A DNA stretch of 63,991 nucleotides, the filler included, from a bacterium (GTDB lineage Bacteria; JALSQH01), in assembly GCA_027004335.1 (NCBI GenBank). It is 13 parts of 13 records of this genome, joined end to end, with 100 filler letters (N's around TTAATTAATTAA, not from the genome) between each part and the next. Parts side by side here need not be neighbours in the genome. Positions count along the whole stretch, not along the records: positions 1 to 7,848 come from JALTID010000190.1; positions 7,949 to 15,739 come from JALTID010000191.1; 11 more parts are not named here. The stretch is one strand, 5' to 3'. Shown here piece after piece: positions 1 through 10,416 of the stretch. Both the position numbers and the translations under genes were made by a program. How positions within the stretch are numbered: the first letter of the stretch is position 1; every line of letters starts with the position of its first letter. The notes beneath the pieces were generated by a model, which ran no database searches, was not told the DNA's origin, and saw only the letters and a program-made list of their open reading frames with translations.

Positions 1-112
1 AAGTTAAGCCAATCTACCGCGTGGGAAGAGGGAGTAAGATGATAGAAATCTTAAAATGTATTCCTCAACAGCTCATTGAGAATGCAATTTTAAGATACTA
101 TAATTTATAGTT

Positions 113-140
113 TTGCTCATAATGGATTAAAAAGTATAAT
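113..140 (+). promoter_or_regulatory. sigma70-like promoter for rlmN (probably leaderless)
   Basis: TTGCTC (113-118), 16 bp spacer, TATAAT (135-140); ATG at 147 with no Shine-Dalgarno. Confidence 0.5.
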
Positions 141-146
141 AACTAT

Positions 147-1187
147 ATGCATAACCTGAAAAATCTTACTCTTAACGAGCTAAAGGAAATTTTCAAAAAT
201 GAAGGGCTTCTTTCTTACCGTGCTAAGCAGATATATTCCTGGATTTTCTCAAAACTTGAGGAGAATCCTGATAATTTCACCAATTTGCCACGGGAATTAA
301 GAAATAGACTTAAAAATGAATTTCTAATACCATCTCTTGAGCCTGAATCAATCCAGGAATCAAAAATTGATGGAACTGTTAAATATATTCTCACGCTTCC
401 AGATGGAGAGATTATTGAATCAGTTCTAATACCTGATAAGGAGAGAAGAACCCTCTGCATTTCCTCCCAGGCTGGATGCAGGATGGGATGTAAGTTCTGC
501 TACACAGGAAAAGGGGGGTTACGAAGAAATCTGGAGCCATGGGAAATCGTTGAACAGGTGATTGTAGCAATTAAATTTTTAAGAAATAGAAAACTACGGC
601 TCACCAATATGGTATTTATGGGGATGGGTGAACCACTGGATAATTTTGATAATCTGGTGAAAGCACTGAAAATAATAATGGAAGAGAAAGGGCTGGCCAT
701 TTCACCAAGGAGGATCTCAGTCTCCACAGTTGGAATAGTTCCGCTAATACGGCCTCTTATTGAAGCTACAGGTGTAAACCTATCAGTTTCTCTTAACGCT
801 CCTGACAATGAAATAAGAAACATGATAATGCCAATAGACAAAAAATATCCCATCGAGACTCTTCTACAGGCTCTGAAAGATGTGGAGATCCCCCGAAGGA
901 AAAGAATAGTAATTGAATATGTACTCCTGAAAAAAGTTAATGACAGAGAAGAAGATGCACAAAAACTGATCAAACTTCTGAGAGGGATCCCAGTAAAAAT
1001 AAACCTTATTCCTTTTAACCCCTTCCCCGGTACAGAATTTGAAAGGCCGGAGGAAGAAAGGATCCTGAAATTTCAGGAAATTCTCATTAATTCAGGATTC
1101 TCCGTTTTTATCAGAGCCAGTAAAGGAAGTGACATCCTCGCCGCCTGTGGCCAGCTCAGAGGAGCTGTTCTGAAAGAATTCACCTAA
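147..1187 (+). CDS. rlmN: 23S rRNA m2A2503 radical SAM methyltransferase RlmN
   Basis: CISSQAGCRMGCKFC (CxxxCxxC), FMGMGEP, C-terminal DILAACGQL. Confidence 0.95.
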   Translation: MHNLKNLTLNELKEIFKNEGLLSYRAKQIYSWIFSKLEENPDNFTNLPRELRNRLKNEFLIPSLEPESIQESKIDGTVKYILTLPDGEIIESVLIPDKERRTLCISSQAGCRMGCKFCYTGKGGLRRNLEPWEIVEQVIVAIKFLRNRKLRLTNMVFMGMGEPLDNFDNLVKALKIIMEEKGLAISPRRISVSTVGIVPLIRPLIEATGVNLSVSLNAPDNEIRNMIMPIDKKYPIETLLQALKDVEIPRRKRIVIEYVLLKKVNDREEDAQKLIKLLRGIPVKINLIPFNPFPGTEFERPEEERILKFQEILINSGFSVFIRASKGSDILAACGQLRGAVLKEFT

Positions 1188-1778
1188 GTAAAGAACTTCT
1201 TTTTTAAATTCACCGGAGGGAAGAGCAATAAACATAAAAGCAATTGAAATAACAGTAAAAGCTGTAAGATTCCCAACCGAAATACCAACAAGCACTCCGA
1301 CTACCCCTATAAATGAGGGGATATACGCGAGAATCAATTCCGCTATTCTCAACAAAAAAACCACCATATAAACTCTTACAAGAGGAAATAGCCTGGGGTC
1401 CTCTTTATACTCTTCTGGGGGTGTAGAGTTTAGGAATCTTTCTAAAAGAGAGGAAAGACTTTTCTCGCTGAGCATGAAAACCTGAATAAAAAGGATAAGA
1501 AGGAAAAACCCTATCTGAAACGCCACAAAAACCCACTCAGGTATAAAAATATTGGTAAGAGGTATCACACCTCTGTTATGGAGATAAATAACCAAAACAT
1601 ATTGAAAAATCAACATGATAAGGAGAAAATAGAAAAGAAATCTTGCCCTTTTGAAAAGATAATTAACATAATTTTTGAAAAATTCCCCTTTCATTTGCCT
1701 GATATGGAGAAAATCACTATAATTCATATAAAGTATACGCTTTAAAAACTGGATGCGCAAGAGGCGAAGACATGGCAA
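1092..1778 (-). CDS. hypothetical membrane protein (true start probably downstream of 1778)
   Basis: ORF fills the gap between rlmN and mtnP; about four hydrophobic segments; 3' end overlaps rlmN. Confidence 0.55.
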   Translation of the reverse strand: MPCLRLLRIQFLKRILYMNYSDFLHIRQMKGEFFKNYVNYLFKRARFLFYFLLIMLIFQYVLVIYLHNRGVIPLTNIFIPEWVFVAFQIGFFLLILFIQVFMLSEKSLSSLLERFLNSTPPEEYKEDPRLFPLVRVYMVVFLLRIAELILAYIPSFIGVVGVLVGISVGNLTAFTVISIAFMFIALPSGEFKKEVLYLGEFFQNSSSELATGGEDVTSFTGSDKNGES

Positions 1779-2632
1779 AGATTGGTATAATTGGGGGAAG
1801 TGGTATATACCAGCTTGAAAATTTGAAAGTAATTGAAGAAAAGAAAATCTCCACCCCTTTTGGGACCCCTTCAGATAAGATTTTAATTGGCAAGCTGAAA
1901 AATATAGAAATCGCCTTTTTAGCTCGCCATGGAAAAGGTCATCTCCTCATGCCCTCTGAAATAAATTACCGTGCCAATATCTATGCCATGAAACTTTTAG
2001 GGGTGGAACGGTTAATCAGCATTTCTTCCGTGGGGAGTATGAAAAAAGAAATTCAGCCTGAAGATATTGTATTTCCTGACCAGTTCATAGATCTTACAAA
2101 AAGAAGAGAAAGTACCTTTTTTGGTGACGGCCTCGTAGCTCACATTCAATTTTCAAATCCTACCTGTCCAGTCCTCAGACAACTTCTCTATAACACAGCA
2201 AAAGAGCTTGATTACGAAGCCCATGGGAGGGGAACATATCTCAATATTGAGGGGCCCCAATTTTCCACCTATGGAGAGTCTCTTCTCTACAAAACATGGG
2301 GAGTTGATGTAATTGGAATGACCAATGTAACAGAAGCAAAGCTTGCAAGAGAGGCAGAAATATGCTACGCAACAGTAGCTCTGGTAACTGATTACGACTG
2401 CTGGAAAAGTGATGAAGAAGAAGTATCAGTTGAGCTGGTGATCCAGAGGTTCAATGCCAATATCCAGAAAGCGAAAAAGTTACTGGAAAATGTCGTTGAA
2501 AAAATCCCCGATGATAGATCAAATTGCATGTGCAGCCATGCCCTTGAAGATGCAATAATCACAAATAGAGATAAAATACCAAGGAAAACAATTGAAAAAT
2601 TAGAACCAATAATAGGAAAATACATAAAATAA
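1772..2632 (+). CDS. mtnP: S-methyl-5'-thioadenosine phosphorylase
   Basis: [31 protein letters not shown] motifs. Confidence 0.92.
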   Translation: MAKIGIIGGSGIYQLENLKVIEEKKISTPFGTPSDKILIGKLKNIEIAFLARHGKGHLLMPSEINYRANIYAMKLLGVERLISISSVGSMKKEIQPEDIVFPDQFIDLTKRRESTFFGDGLVAHIQFSNPTCPVLRQLLYNTAKELDYEAHGRGTYLNIEGPQFSTYGESLLYKTWGVDVIGMTNVTEAKLAREAEICYATVALVTDYDCWKSDEEEVSVELVIQRFNANIQKAKKLLENVVEKIPDDRSNCMCSHALEDAIITNRDKIPRKTIEKLEPIIGKYIK

Positions 2633-2633
2633 A

Positions 2634-3536
2634 ATGGCAATAGTAGTAGCAGGTACAGTAGCTTATGATTCAATAAAAACTCCATTTGGTGAAATGGAAA
2701 ATGCATTAGGAGGGTCCGCTCTCTATTTTACTGTTTCAGCCAGCTTCTTTTCTCCTGTCAAGCTCGTTGCCGTTATAGGAGAAGACTTTGATCTCTCAAA
2801 AATTGGGTTTCTCAAAGAAAAAGGAGTAGATTTTTCTGGAATTGAGATAAAGAAGGGGAAAACATTTCGCTGGAAGGGATACTACGATTATAATCTGAAT
2901 GAAGCTCACACACTGGAAACTCAGCTCAATGTCCTCACCATGTTCAGCCCTTCTCTTCCCGAAGCATATACGGAGGAATCGTTTCTTTTCCTCGCAAACA
3001 TCGATCCAGAACTGCAGATAAGAATCATAAATCAAATGAAAAACCTTAAATTCTCCGCTGCAGATACAATGAACTACTGGATAGAATCAAAACCAGAGAA
3101 GGTTAAAGAAGCTTTTTCACTGGTAAATGCAGTAACAATAAATGAAGCAGAGGTAAGAGAAATCACAGGTGAGTACAATCTTGTTAAAGCGGCACGAAAA
3201 ATCTTTGACCTGGGGCCCGATTATGTGATAATAAAAAGAGGAGAATATGGCGTACTTGTATTTGATAAAAATGGCAAAACTTTTTTTGTCCCTGCCTATC
3301 CACTGGAAGAGGTCTTTGATCCCACAGGAGCTGGTGATACTTTTGCTGGAGGACTCATGGGATACCTTGCCATGAAAGGAGATACAAAAAAATTAAGGAA
3401 AGCAGTAGTATATGGAAGTGTTATGGCAAGCTTCAATGTGGAAGAATTCAGTTTTAATAAACTGAGAAAAATCAGTAAAGAGGAAATAGAAAAAAGGTTT
3501 CAAGAATTCTTATCCTTTTGTCAGGTGGAGGAATAA
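2634..3536 (+). CDS. PfkB-family carbohydrate/nucleoside kinase
   Basis: GGSA N-terminal motif and DPTGAGDTFAGG signature. Confidence 0.9.
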   Translation: MAIVVAGTVAYDSIKTPFGEMENALGGSALYFTVSASFFSPVKLVAVIGEDFDLSKIGFLKEKGVDFSGIEIKKGKTFRWKGYYDYNLNEAHTLETQLNVLTMFSPSLPEAYTEESFLFLANIDPELQIRIINQMKNLKFSAADTMNYWIESKPEKVKEAFSLVNAVTINEAEVREITGEYNLVKAARKIFDLGPDYVIIKRGEYGVLVFDKNGKTFFVPAYPLEEVFDPTGAGDTFAGGLMGYLAMKGDTKKLRKAVVYGSVMASFNVEEFSFNKLRKISKEEIEKRFQEFLSFCQVEE

Positions 3537-3537
3537 A

Positions 3538-4155
3538 ATGTTTCAAATTGATCCCTCATTAAAATATGTAGACACAAACAAAGAAGAAATACTTGAACTT
3601 TATAGACCAACAAACGAAAGTCTTGTTCAAATCCCTGGACTTCAGGGAGAGATGAGTGACGCTTATTTAGTATCTCTGAACAGAAGCGGCGAGATCCAGA
3701 TTTACCTCTACTTCTTCCTGAAAGATTCAGGAAAAGGGATCATTTACAAAAGCAATGTTCCAGTAACCAAAAGTAACTACATGCAGGTAAGGGATGATGG
3801 ACTTTACTTTCTTGAAAGTATGGGTTTTCTCATGGAAAATACAGATTTCAGAAAACTTCCCGAAATGGAAAGAATTAAGCTCATGGAATCAATGCCTCCT
3901 TTTCATCTGGATCTTTCAAAGTTTTTTGAAAAAGGGGAGAAAAAAGAAGAAGCAGAAAATGACGAAGTTGATGTAGAAGTCCTGGAAGAAAACCTTGAAA
4001 CAATCCATGAAATCAGTGAGATAACAGAAGCATCCAAGGAGAAAATAGAAAAAAGAAAACTATCAGGAGTGGAGCTCTCACCCGATATGGTAAAAGAAAA
4101 GATGGATAAAGATAGAAACCTCAGGGTCTTCCTATTATTTCTCGCCGGCTTTTGA
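3538..4155 (+). CDS. conserved protein resembling the gene next to tgl in myxobacteria
   Basis: MFxID start, IPG, FLESMGFLMENTDFR core, acidic linker, C-terminal FLAGF; directly upstream of a TPR lipoprotein (recalled similarity). Confidence 0.6.
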   Translation: MFQIDPSLKYVDTNKEEILELYRPTNESLVQIPGLQGEMSDAYLVSLNRSGEIQIYLYFFLKDSGKGIIYKSNVPVTKSNYMQVRDDGLYFLESMGFLMENTDFRKLPEMERIKLMESMPPFHLDLSKFFEKGEKKEEAENDEVDVEVLEENLETIHEISEITEASKEKIEKRKLSGVELSPDMVKEKMDKDRNLRVFLLFLAGF

Positions 4156-4174
4156 TTTTAATAAGGAGCACTAT

Positions 4175-4930
4175 ATGAAAAAGATAGCTACTTTTCTACT
4201 GCTAATTTTTATTGCAAGCTGTGCCACGACAGGAGCTCTTTCAAAAAATGAAAAAAAATACAGAGCCTACCTTAGACTGGGAGTTTCATTTTTAGCCACA
4301 AATAATTTCAGAGCAGCTCTGGAAACCTTGGAAAAAGCTGAGAAGTTAAGACAGAATGACCCTCAATTATATAATGCTATTGGCCTTGCATATCTTGGAC
4401 TGGGGGATTTAAAAGATGCTGAAAAAAATTTTAAAAAAGCTGTATCCCTTAAACCTGATTTCTCAGAAGCTCACAACAACTTGGGGGTCGCATATTCAAA
4501 AGAAGGATATTACCATCTTGCAATAAAACAATTTGAAAAAGCCCTGAGCAACCTTCTCTATTCAACCCCTGAACAAGCTCTGCAGAATATAGGATGGGCC
4601 TACTACAACTTAGGAAAATATATTAAAGCTGAGACATTCACAAAAGAAGCCCTTGCACGAAATCCAAGGTTATGCATTGCAAGAAAAAACTTAGGACTAA
4701 TATACTGGGCTGAGAAAAGATACATAGATGCAGAGGCTCAGTTAAAAAAGTCTGTAAAGTATTGTCCGCAATACGCTGAAGCCTATTTCAACCTTGGACT
4801 CCTCTATTTAAAACTCAACAGAAAAAAAGAGGCTTACAAGGAATTTAAAAAAGTCACTCAGATCATACCTGACTCGCCTCTCTCGGAAGAAGCAGAAAAT
4901 TACCTCAAACTTCTTGGAGGAGAAAGGTGA
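4175..4930 (+). CDS. TPR lipoprotein, type IV pilus pilotin (Tgl/PilF/PilW family)
   Basis: lipobox IASC, TPR repeats (EAHNNLG, YSTPEQALQNIG), upstream of a rodZ-like gene. Confidence 0.8.
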   Translation: MKKIATFLLLIFIASCATTGALSKNEKKYRAYLRLGVSFLATNNFRAALETLEKAEKLRQNDPQLYNAIGLAYLGLGDLKDAEKNFKKAVSLKPDFSEAHNNLGVAYSKEGYYHLAIKQFEKALSNLLYSTPEQALQNIGWAYYNLGKYIKAETFTKEALARNPRLCIARKNLGLIYWAEKRYIDAEAQLKKSVKYCPQYAEAYFNLGLLYLKLNRKKEAYKEFKKVTQIIPDSPLSEEAENYLKLLGGER

Positions 4931-5694
4931 CTGATGTAGGAGGCTTTCTTAAAAAAGAAAGAGAAGGAAGAGGAATTTCACTCAGAGATATATCTGATGC
5001 AACAAAAATAGGGATGGAATTTTTAAAAGCAATAGAAGAAAATCATTTTGAAAAATTGCCTGCAGAGGTGTTTGCTATAGGCTTTATCAGGAATTATGCT
5101 AAGTATCTTGGGTTAAATGAAGAAGAAGTTACCTCCATGTACAAACAGTATGTCCAAGAAAGAAGAGAGAACGAGTTTAAAAATCAAAAAATAATTGAGC
5201 GAAAAAAGAAATTTCCATATCTTTTTCTCATATTCTCCCTAATTGCTGTAGCCCTTATAGTTGGAATTGTTATCCTTACTTCTAATAATTCTAAACTGAG
5301 TATGGGGGAACAGACTTTTGCAAAAAACAAATACTCTGAAGCTGTAACATACCCTACAAAAATAACCGAAGTGGCAGCCGAAAACGAAAGCCCTGTAACA
5401 GCACCTGTTAACAAGCTGCACAGAGAATTCCTGATTGTTCTTAAGGGTGAAAACACTGGAGGAAAACCTGTTTGGGTTGGTTACTGTTCAGATGAGACCT
5501 GTAAACTTGACAGATCTCAATGGGAAAGCTTATTCTTAAAAGAGGGAGAAGAAATTAGAATCAAAGGGGAAAAGATCATCGGGGTTATTTCAGGTAACGG
5601 AGGGAAAGTTAGAATATTTAAAAACAACAAAGATATTGGTTTGATGGGAAAACCTGGAAGTGTGAGAATTAAATTTTTCAGGTTAAAAAAATGA
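4927..5694 (+). CDS. rodZ: RodZ-like HTH membrane protein
   Basis: HTH_25 (LKKEREGRGISL...GFIRNYAKYLGL), one TM helix, C-terminal DUF4115-like domain (GNGGKVRI). Confidence 0.8.
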   Translation: MTDVGGFLKKEREGRGISLRDISDATKIGMEFLKAIEENHFEKLPAEVFAIGFIRNYAKYLGLNEEEVTSMYKQYVQERRENEFKNQKIIERKKKFPYLFLIFSLIAVALIVGIVILTSNNSKLSMGEQTFAKNKYSEAVTYPTKITEVAAENESPVTAPVNKLHREFLIVLKGENTGGKPVWVGYCSDETCKLDRSQWESLFLKEGEEIRIKGEKIIGVISGNGGKVRIFKNNKDIGLMGKPGSVRIKFFRLKK

Positions 5695-7848
5695 ATCTTG
5701 TTAAGACAGAAGAACGCTTAAACAGAGCATTGGTTCTATCTAATCTCCTGACTGTTCTTCTTTTTGTTGGAACTTATCTTTTAATTGCTCAGTACACCTT
5801 AAGTGAGATATTCTGGCTCGGCATAGGTATCACGCTATTCATGGGAGTTATTCTATTCGCAAGTTTCTGGTTAAAAAGGAAATTCCTTTATCCTCTTCTT
5901 AAGTCTGCAGAAGATTTAACTCTCGGGAAGTTAGTACCAATTCCTGAACTTAAAAGAGTCTTTCTTGAGGGAAAAGGAGCTGCATATTCTTTTACAAGAG
6001 CATCTTTCCTTCTATGGTTCTTGGCCGGAACTCTAATAATTTTCATTTTCTACTCTTCCGGGCTCGTATCTCTTTCAAAATTCGCAGTCATCACTTTAAC
6101 TTTCATTCTCACTATAATCATAACCCATCTCTTTCAATGGTACTTTCTAAGAAATGCTCTCATCGCTCCTATGAGAATAATAGGTGAAAAATTGGTAGAA
6201 TCTAAAGAAGAGGAAATCATTCAAAAAGGTTTTACTCTATCACTTCAACAAAAGATTTTTCTAATCTTTTTGGGACTCATCGCCTACTCTGCTGGCATCA
6301 TAGGTACATGGGGAACCAATCAGGTTATTCAGGTAAGGAGGGATATAAATATTTCCTTTATGAAACAATTACTAACAAAAGCAATTATAATGTATGAGAA
6401 AGAAAAAGATCCTTTTAAACTTATAAAGGAAGATTTCCCTGTTTACCATTTAACTTCAGTAAACTCCATGGGAATACAGATTTCAGGTGACCCTCTTCCC
6501 TCAGAAATCCAGAAATCACTTTATCGCCAAGCAGTTGATTCTGCAATACCCTCTGAAGACTATTTGGTTGTTCCATCAGATCCGAGAGAAGATGGTACCC
6601 GCTTCATCATATGGAAAAAATGGAACACATTTTCTGAAGCTACATTAAGTGTAGTGAAAGATTACACAATTTTCTTTATCCTCATTCTTCTTATGGTAGG
6701 CTCCATTGTGTATCTTGCCGCAAATGACTGGAAGGGGATTATAAATGCCCTGCGTATCTACCTTGCAAGAGTAAAAAGAGGAAATTTCAAAAAAGGCTTA
6801 ATAATCTACACTGATGACGAATTAGGAGACATCGGTGCCTATTTAAATCAGGTTCATGATCACTTTAAAAATTCCATTGCTGATGCAAGACAGGTTTCAC
6901 TTTTTATTGAAAACAACATCAATGAGCTTTCAGCACTATTTGCTGCAATGGAAGAAGCATTAATTAATTCCAGAATACAGATAAACAATGAGGAAAAGCT
7001 CCTAATTTCCCAAAATGAAACCATTAAAAAGATAAAAAGTAGAATTCCTGAATTATATGCTACATCTCTCGGAAGAGAGGAAAATCAAATACTTACAATA
7101 GCTACAGGCAAAACAAAAGGGGTAATTTCAACTATAATTTCAAACGCAAATTTTACCAAAAGGAAACTTGAAGAAAATTTACAATATATTGATTCTCTTC
7201 TTCTTTCCTTAAAAATAATAAGAAATTTTGTTAAAAGGTTTAATGAAAGATTTTCAATAATTACTGGCATCTCACAATCCATTATGACCACCATCTCCGG
7301 AATAGATCTGTCTCAGCGCGAGATCTCTCTCCATGAAACAAGAAACGGCGTATTCTCCAAAAATCTATGGGGAATTCACATGGAATTAATGGAATCACTG
7401 GAAAAAATGGAAAAGTATCTCACCAACCTTTATATCAACTTAGAAGAACTGGAAAAGGTACTGAATCTCGTTTATGAACTGTCGGAAGATACTAAGATCT
7501 TAAGCTTAAATGCTTCCATTATCTCTTCTCATGCTGAAGAGGAAGGAAAGAGTTTCTCAGTAATTGCCAATCAGATTCAGGCATTGGCAGAATTAACTGG
7601 AGAATCCATCGCAATGACTCATGAAATCCTTGAAAAACTCTCAACCTTTAGAGGAAGAGCGATTAAAAAAGCTACAATATTTAGAGAGCAATTTAAAGAA
7701 GCTTTTTCGGAACTTATTAAAGATGAGGAAGATGAAGTAACAGGGGAGTTTTCCTCTAATATCCATGAAATAACAGAGGATACAAAGAATCTAATGACAA
7801 ATTTCAAAGGAATTTTTGAAATGGTCAAAAAAATAGGGAGAAATGTGG
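5691..7848 (+). CDS. divergent methyl-accepting chemotaxis-like protein, 3' truncated
   Basis: several TM helices, HAMP-like DDELGDI, signalling tip TKILSLNASIISSHAEEEGKSFSVIANQIQALAE; runs into linker. Confidence 0.7.
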
Positions 7849-7948
7849 NNNNNNNNNNNNNNNNNNNNNNNNNNNNNNNNNNNNNNNNNNNNTTAATTAA
7901 TTAANNNNNNNNNNNNNNNNNNNNNNNNNNNNNNNNNNNNNNNNNNNN
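7849..7948. other. artificial contig linker (N44-TTAATTAATTAA-N44); 12 copies in the window
   Basis: identical 100-nt spacer with stops in all six frames. Confidence 0.98.
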
Positions 7949-8160
7949 TATTTTTATTCTCCCCTTCCATTTTCAATCTTTACCATCTTAATAAAGTATA
8001 CCACCAGTTTTCTTAAAAAATCAAGTTATTTTTTTAAAAAATTTCATTAAAATATTGAAAATCATTCTAATATGGTAATTTTTTTGTAATTTCTTTGTCA
8101 TTGTGGTAAAAATATAAGGTTGAAGAGGAAAAGTTTAAAGCGGAAAAGGAGGTTTTAAAA

Positions 8161-9237
8161 ATGTGGAGTGAAGACAGAGAAATTATGGAAGCTTTGACAG
8201 CATCGGCATGCCCCTCCGGTTTTGAAGATCCCTGCAGAAAAGCTTTTAAAGAAAAGATCAAGGATCTTGTGGATGAAGTGGATAGTGATGTTATGGGCAA
8301 TAGCTGGGGAGTTATCAGAGGTAGAACTGATAGGAAGATCATGCTTTCAGGTCATATGGATGAGATAGGGGTAATGGTGAACTATGTTGATGATAAAGGA
8401 TTTATATATTTTTCAGCGGTTGGTGGGGTAGATGCTCAACATATTATGGGGCAGAGAGTTGTGCTTTTCACCAAAAAGGGTGAAGTGAGGGGTGTGATTG
8501 GCAGGAAACCCATCCATCTTCAAAAACAGGAAGATAGGGAAAAGGCAGTTAAAATTGAAGATATGTATATTGACATTGGTGCCAGAGATAAATCTGAAGT
8601 GGAGGAGTATGTTTCTGTTGGTGATGCAGGTGTGGTTGATGTGCCTATGATTGAGATCCTGAATAATCGCCTGGTTGCAAGAGCTTTTGATGATAAAATG
8701 GGTGCCTATGTAGTTGCTTCAGTATTAAGAGGAATCGGCAGAAGAATTAAAAATGGTGGAGAAAAACCTTCCTATTCTGTTTATGGTGTTGTGAGTGTTC
8801 AGGAGGAAATAGGTCTGAGGGGAGCCCAAACATCTGCTTTCGGAATATCTCCAGATGTGGGGATTGCAATAGATGTTACCTTTGCCACTGATCAGCCTGA
8901 TCTGGATCCTAAAAAAGTAGGTGAAATGAAGCTTGGTGGTGGCCCTGTCATATCAAGAGGCCCCAATATAAGTCCTCTTGTGTTTGAGAGACTTAAAAAA
9001 ATTGCTGAGGAAAAAGAAATACCCCTTCAGATAGAGGCAGCTCCCCGGGGGACTGGTACAGATGCTAATGTAATTCAGCTTACTAAAGCTGGTGTAGCCA
9101 CAGGTCTTGTAAGTGTGCCTCTCAGGTATATGCATTCTCCAGTGGAGATTCTCCAGATCGATGATATGGACAATGCTGTAAAATTGATTATGGAATTTAT
9201 TTACTCACTTGATGGCACAGAGGAGTGGAAACTTTGA
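8161..9237 (+). CDS. M42-family metallopeptidase
   Basis: GHMDEIG, AFDDK, QEEIGLRGA, AIDVT, RYMHSPVE. Confidence 0.92.
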   Translation: MWSEDREIMEALTASACPSGFEDPCRKAFKEKIKDLVDEVDSDVMGNSWGVIRGRTDRKIMLSGHMDEIGVMVNYVDDKGFIYFSAVGGVDAQHIMGQRVVLFTKKGEVRGVIGRKPIHLQKQEDREKAVKIEDMYIDIGARDKSEVEEYVSVGDAGVVDVPMIEILNNRLVARAFDDKMGAYVVASVLRGIGRRIKNGGEKPSYSVYGVVSVQEEIGLRGAQTSAFGISPDVGIAIDVTFATDQPDLDPKKVGEMKLGGGPVISRGPNISPLVFERLKKIAEEKEIPLQIEAAPRGTGTDANVIQLTKAGVATGLVSVPLRYMHSPVEILQIDDMDNAVKLIMEFIYSLDGTEEWKL

Positions 9238-9527
9238 AAATTTTCTGTCAGGTATGTGGGGCAGAACTTGAAGTGGATTATGTTGGGAGGGAGAATCTCT
9301 GTCCTAACTGCGGAAGCTACCTTCACTCCTGTATCCAGTGTGAGTTTTATGATCCAGATGCCCATAATCAATGCAGAGAACCCATGGCTGAATATGTTCC
9401 TGAGAAAGATATTTTTAATTTCTGTACCTTCTTTTCTCCGAAGAAAACACCACCTCTTGCTAAGAAGCAGAAGAAAATTGATCCTGATGAAGTGTTAAAA
9501 AAATTGTTGGGTGATGAAAACAAGTAA
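9225..9527 (+). CDS. Cys-rich zinc-ribbon hypothetical protein
   Basis: CQVC, CPNC, CIQC plus two further Cys; GTG start coupled to upstream gene. Confidence 0.75.
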   Translation: METLKIFCQVCGAELEVDYVGRENLCPNCGSYLHSCIQCEFYDPDAHNQCREPMAEYVPEKDIFNFCTFFSPKKTPPLAKKQKKIDPDEVLKKLLGDENK

Positions 9528-10416
9528 GGTGGCTTTCTTTTCCTACATCCCCTTAAAAGAAGTGATCGCTGAAAGAATATGGCCAGTTTTTTCCCCTGTG
9601 CTTATTGAGAAGTATAGAGACGGGATAGAAACTCTTCTTGAGGAGGGTTACGCCGCAGGTTTTGATACCAACTCCCCTTCCCTGCCGATTATTATTGGGC
9701 CTATTTTGAAAAAGGAAGGGATTAAAAAAGCTGTTGTAACTGTTCCTACAGATATGAGAGAAATCCTGAGTGCGGTAGAAATTATTGAAAACATGGATTT
9801 CTTTTTATTTAAATATAGTGAGAATCTTGAGGGGGAAATCTCTGTTTTTTTAAAATGGCTGGGTAGCGGTAATGAAAAGAATCTTCCCGGGAAATGGAAT
9901 GAATTTTTAGATCAGTATTCTGGAATGTGTGAAGATTCTAAATTTATCCCTCACAAGTTCTTGCCTGCCTTCTATGATTTTTTTTCTGCCGGGAGTGTAA
10001 GAGTACTGGCGGAGATCTTTAAAATGGAGAATTCCTCCCTGCCACTTGTAGGACTATTGGGAGAATTCCCTCCTTCATCGCATCTTTTTGTTATTCTTTT
10101 AAGGTATTTCAGAATAGGGTTTCTTGAAGCACCCTGCTTGCTTGTTCAACCTGAAATTTTAACAGACCAGGAGTTTCTTTCTTCCCCCCTTAATAGGGTC
10201 GCTTTTTTTAATAGTGTTGCATCCAGAAAAAAACTTTTGGGATTTATTTTTTTCTATTATACTTTGTCAAGCTGGCAAAATTATGAGATAATTTATAGAG
10301 AAAAGCTGAATGTTCCTGTAATCGGAATAGAGCTGAAAGATTTTTTTGCATTCGGAGAAAGGGAAAAATTGAGACTTGAAACTTTCTCTAACCAGTTAAA
10401 AAATGGAGGTATTTGA
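9511..10416 (+). CDS. degenerate 2-hydroxyacyl-CoA dehydratase (HGD-D)-like protein
   Basis: family-like segments KVAFFSYIP, VGLLGEFPP, REKLNVPVIGIE...KLRLETF; expected Cys ligands absent. Confidence 0.55.
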   Translation: MMKTSKVAFFSYIPLKEVIAERIWPVFSPVLIEKYRDGIETLLEEGYAAGFDTNSPSLPIIIGPILKKEGIKKAVVTVPTDMREILSAVEIIENMDFFLFKYSENLEGEISVFLKWLGSGNEKNLPGKWNEFLDQYSGMCEDSKFIPHKFLPAFYDFFSAGSVRVLAEIFKMENSSLPLVGLLGEFPPSSHLFVILLRYFRIGFLEAPCLLVQPEILTDQEFLSSPLNRVAFFNSVASRKKLLGFIFFYYTLSSWQNYEIIYREKLNVPVIGIELKDFFAFGEREKLRLETFSNQLKNGGI

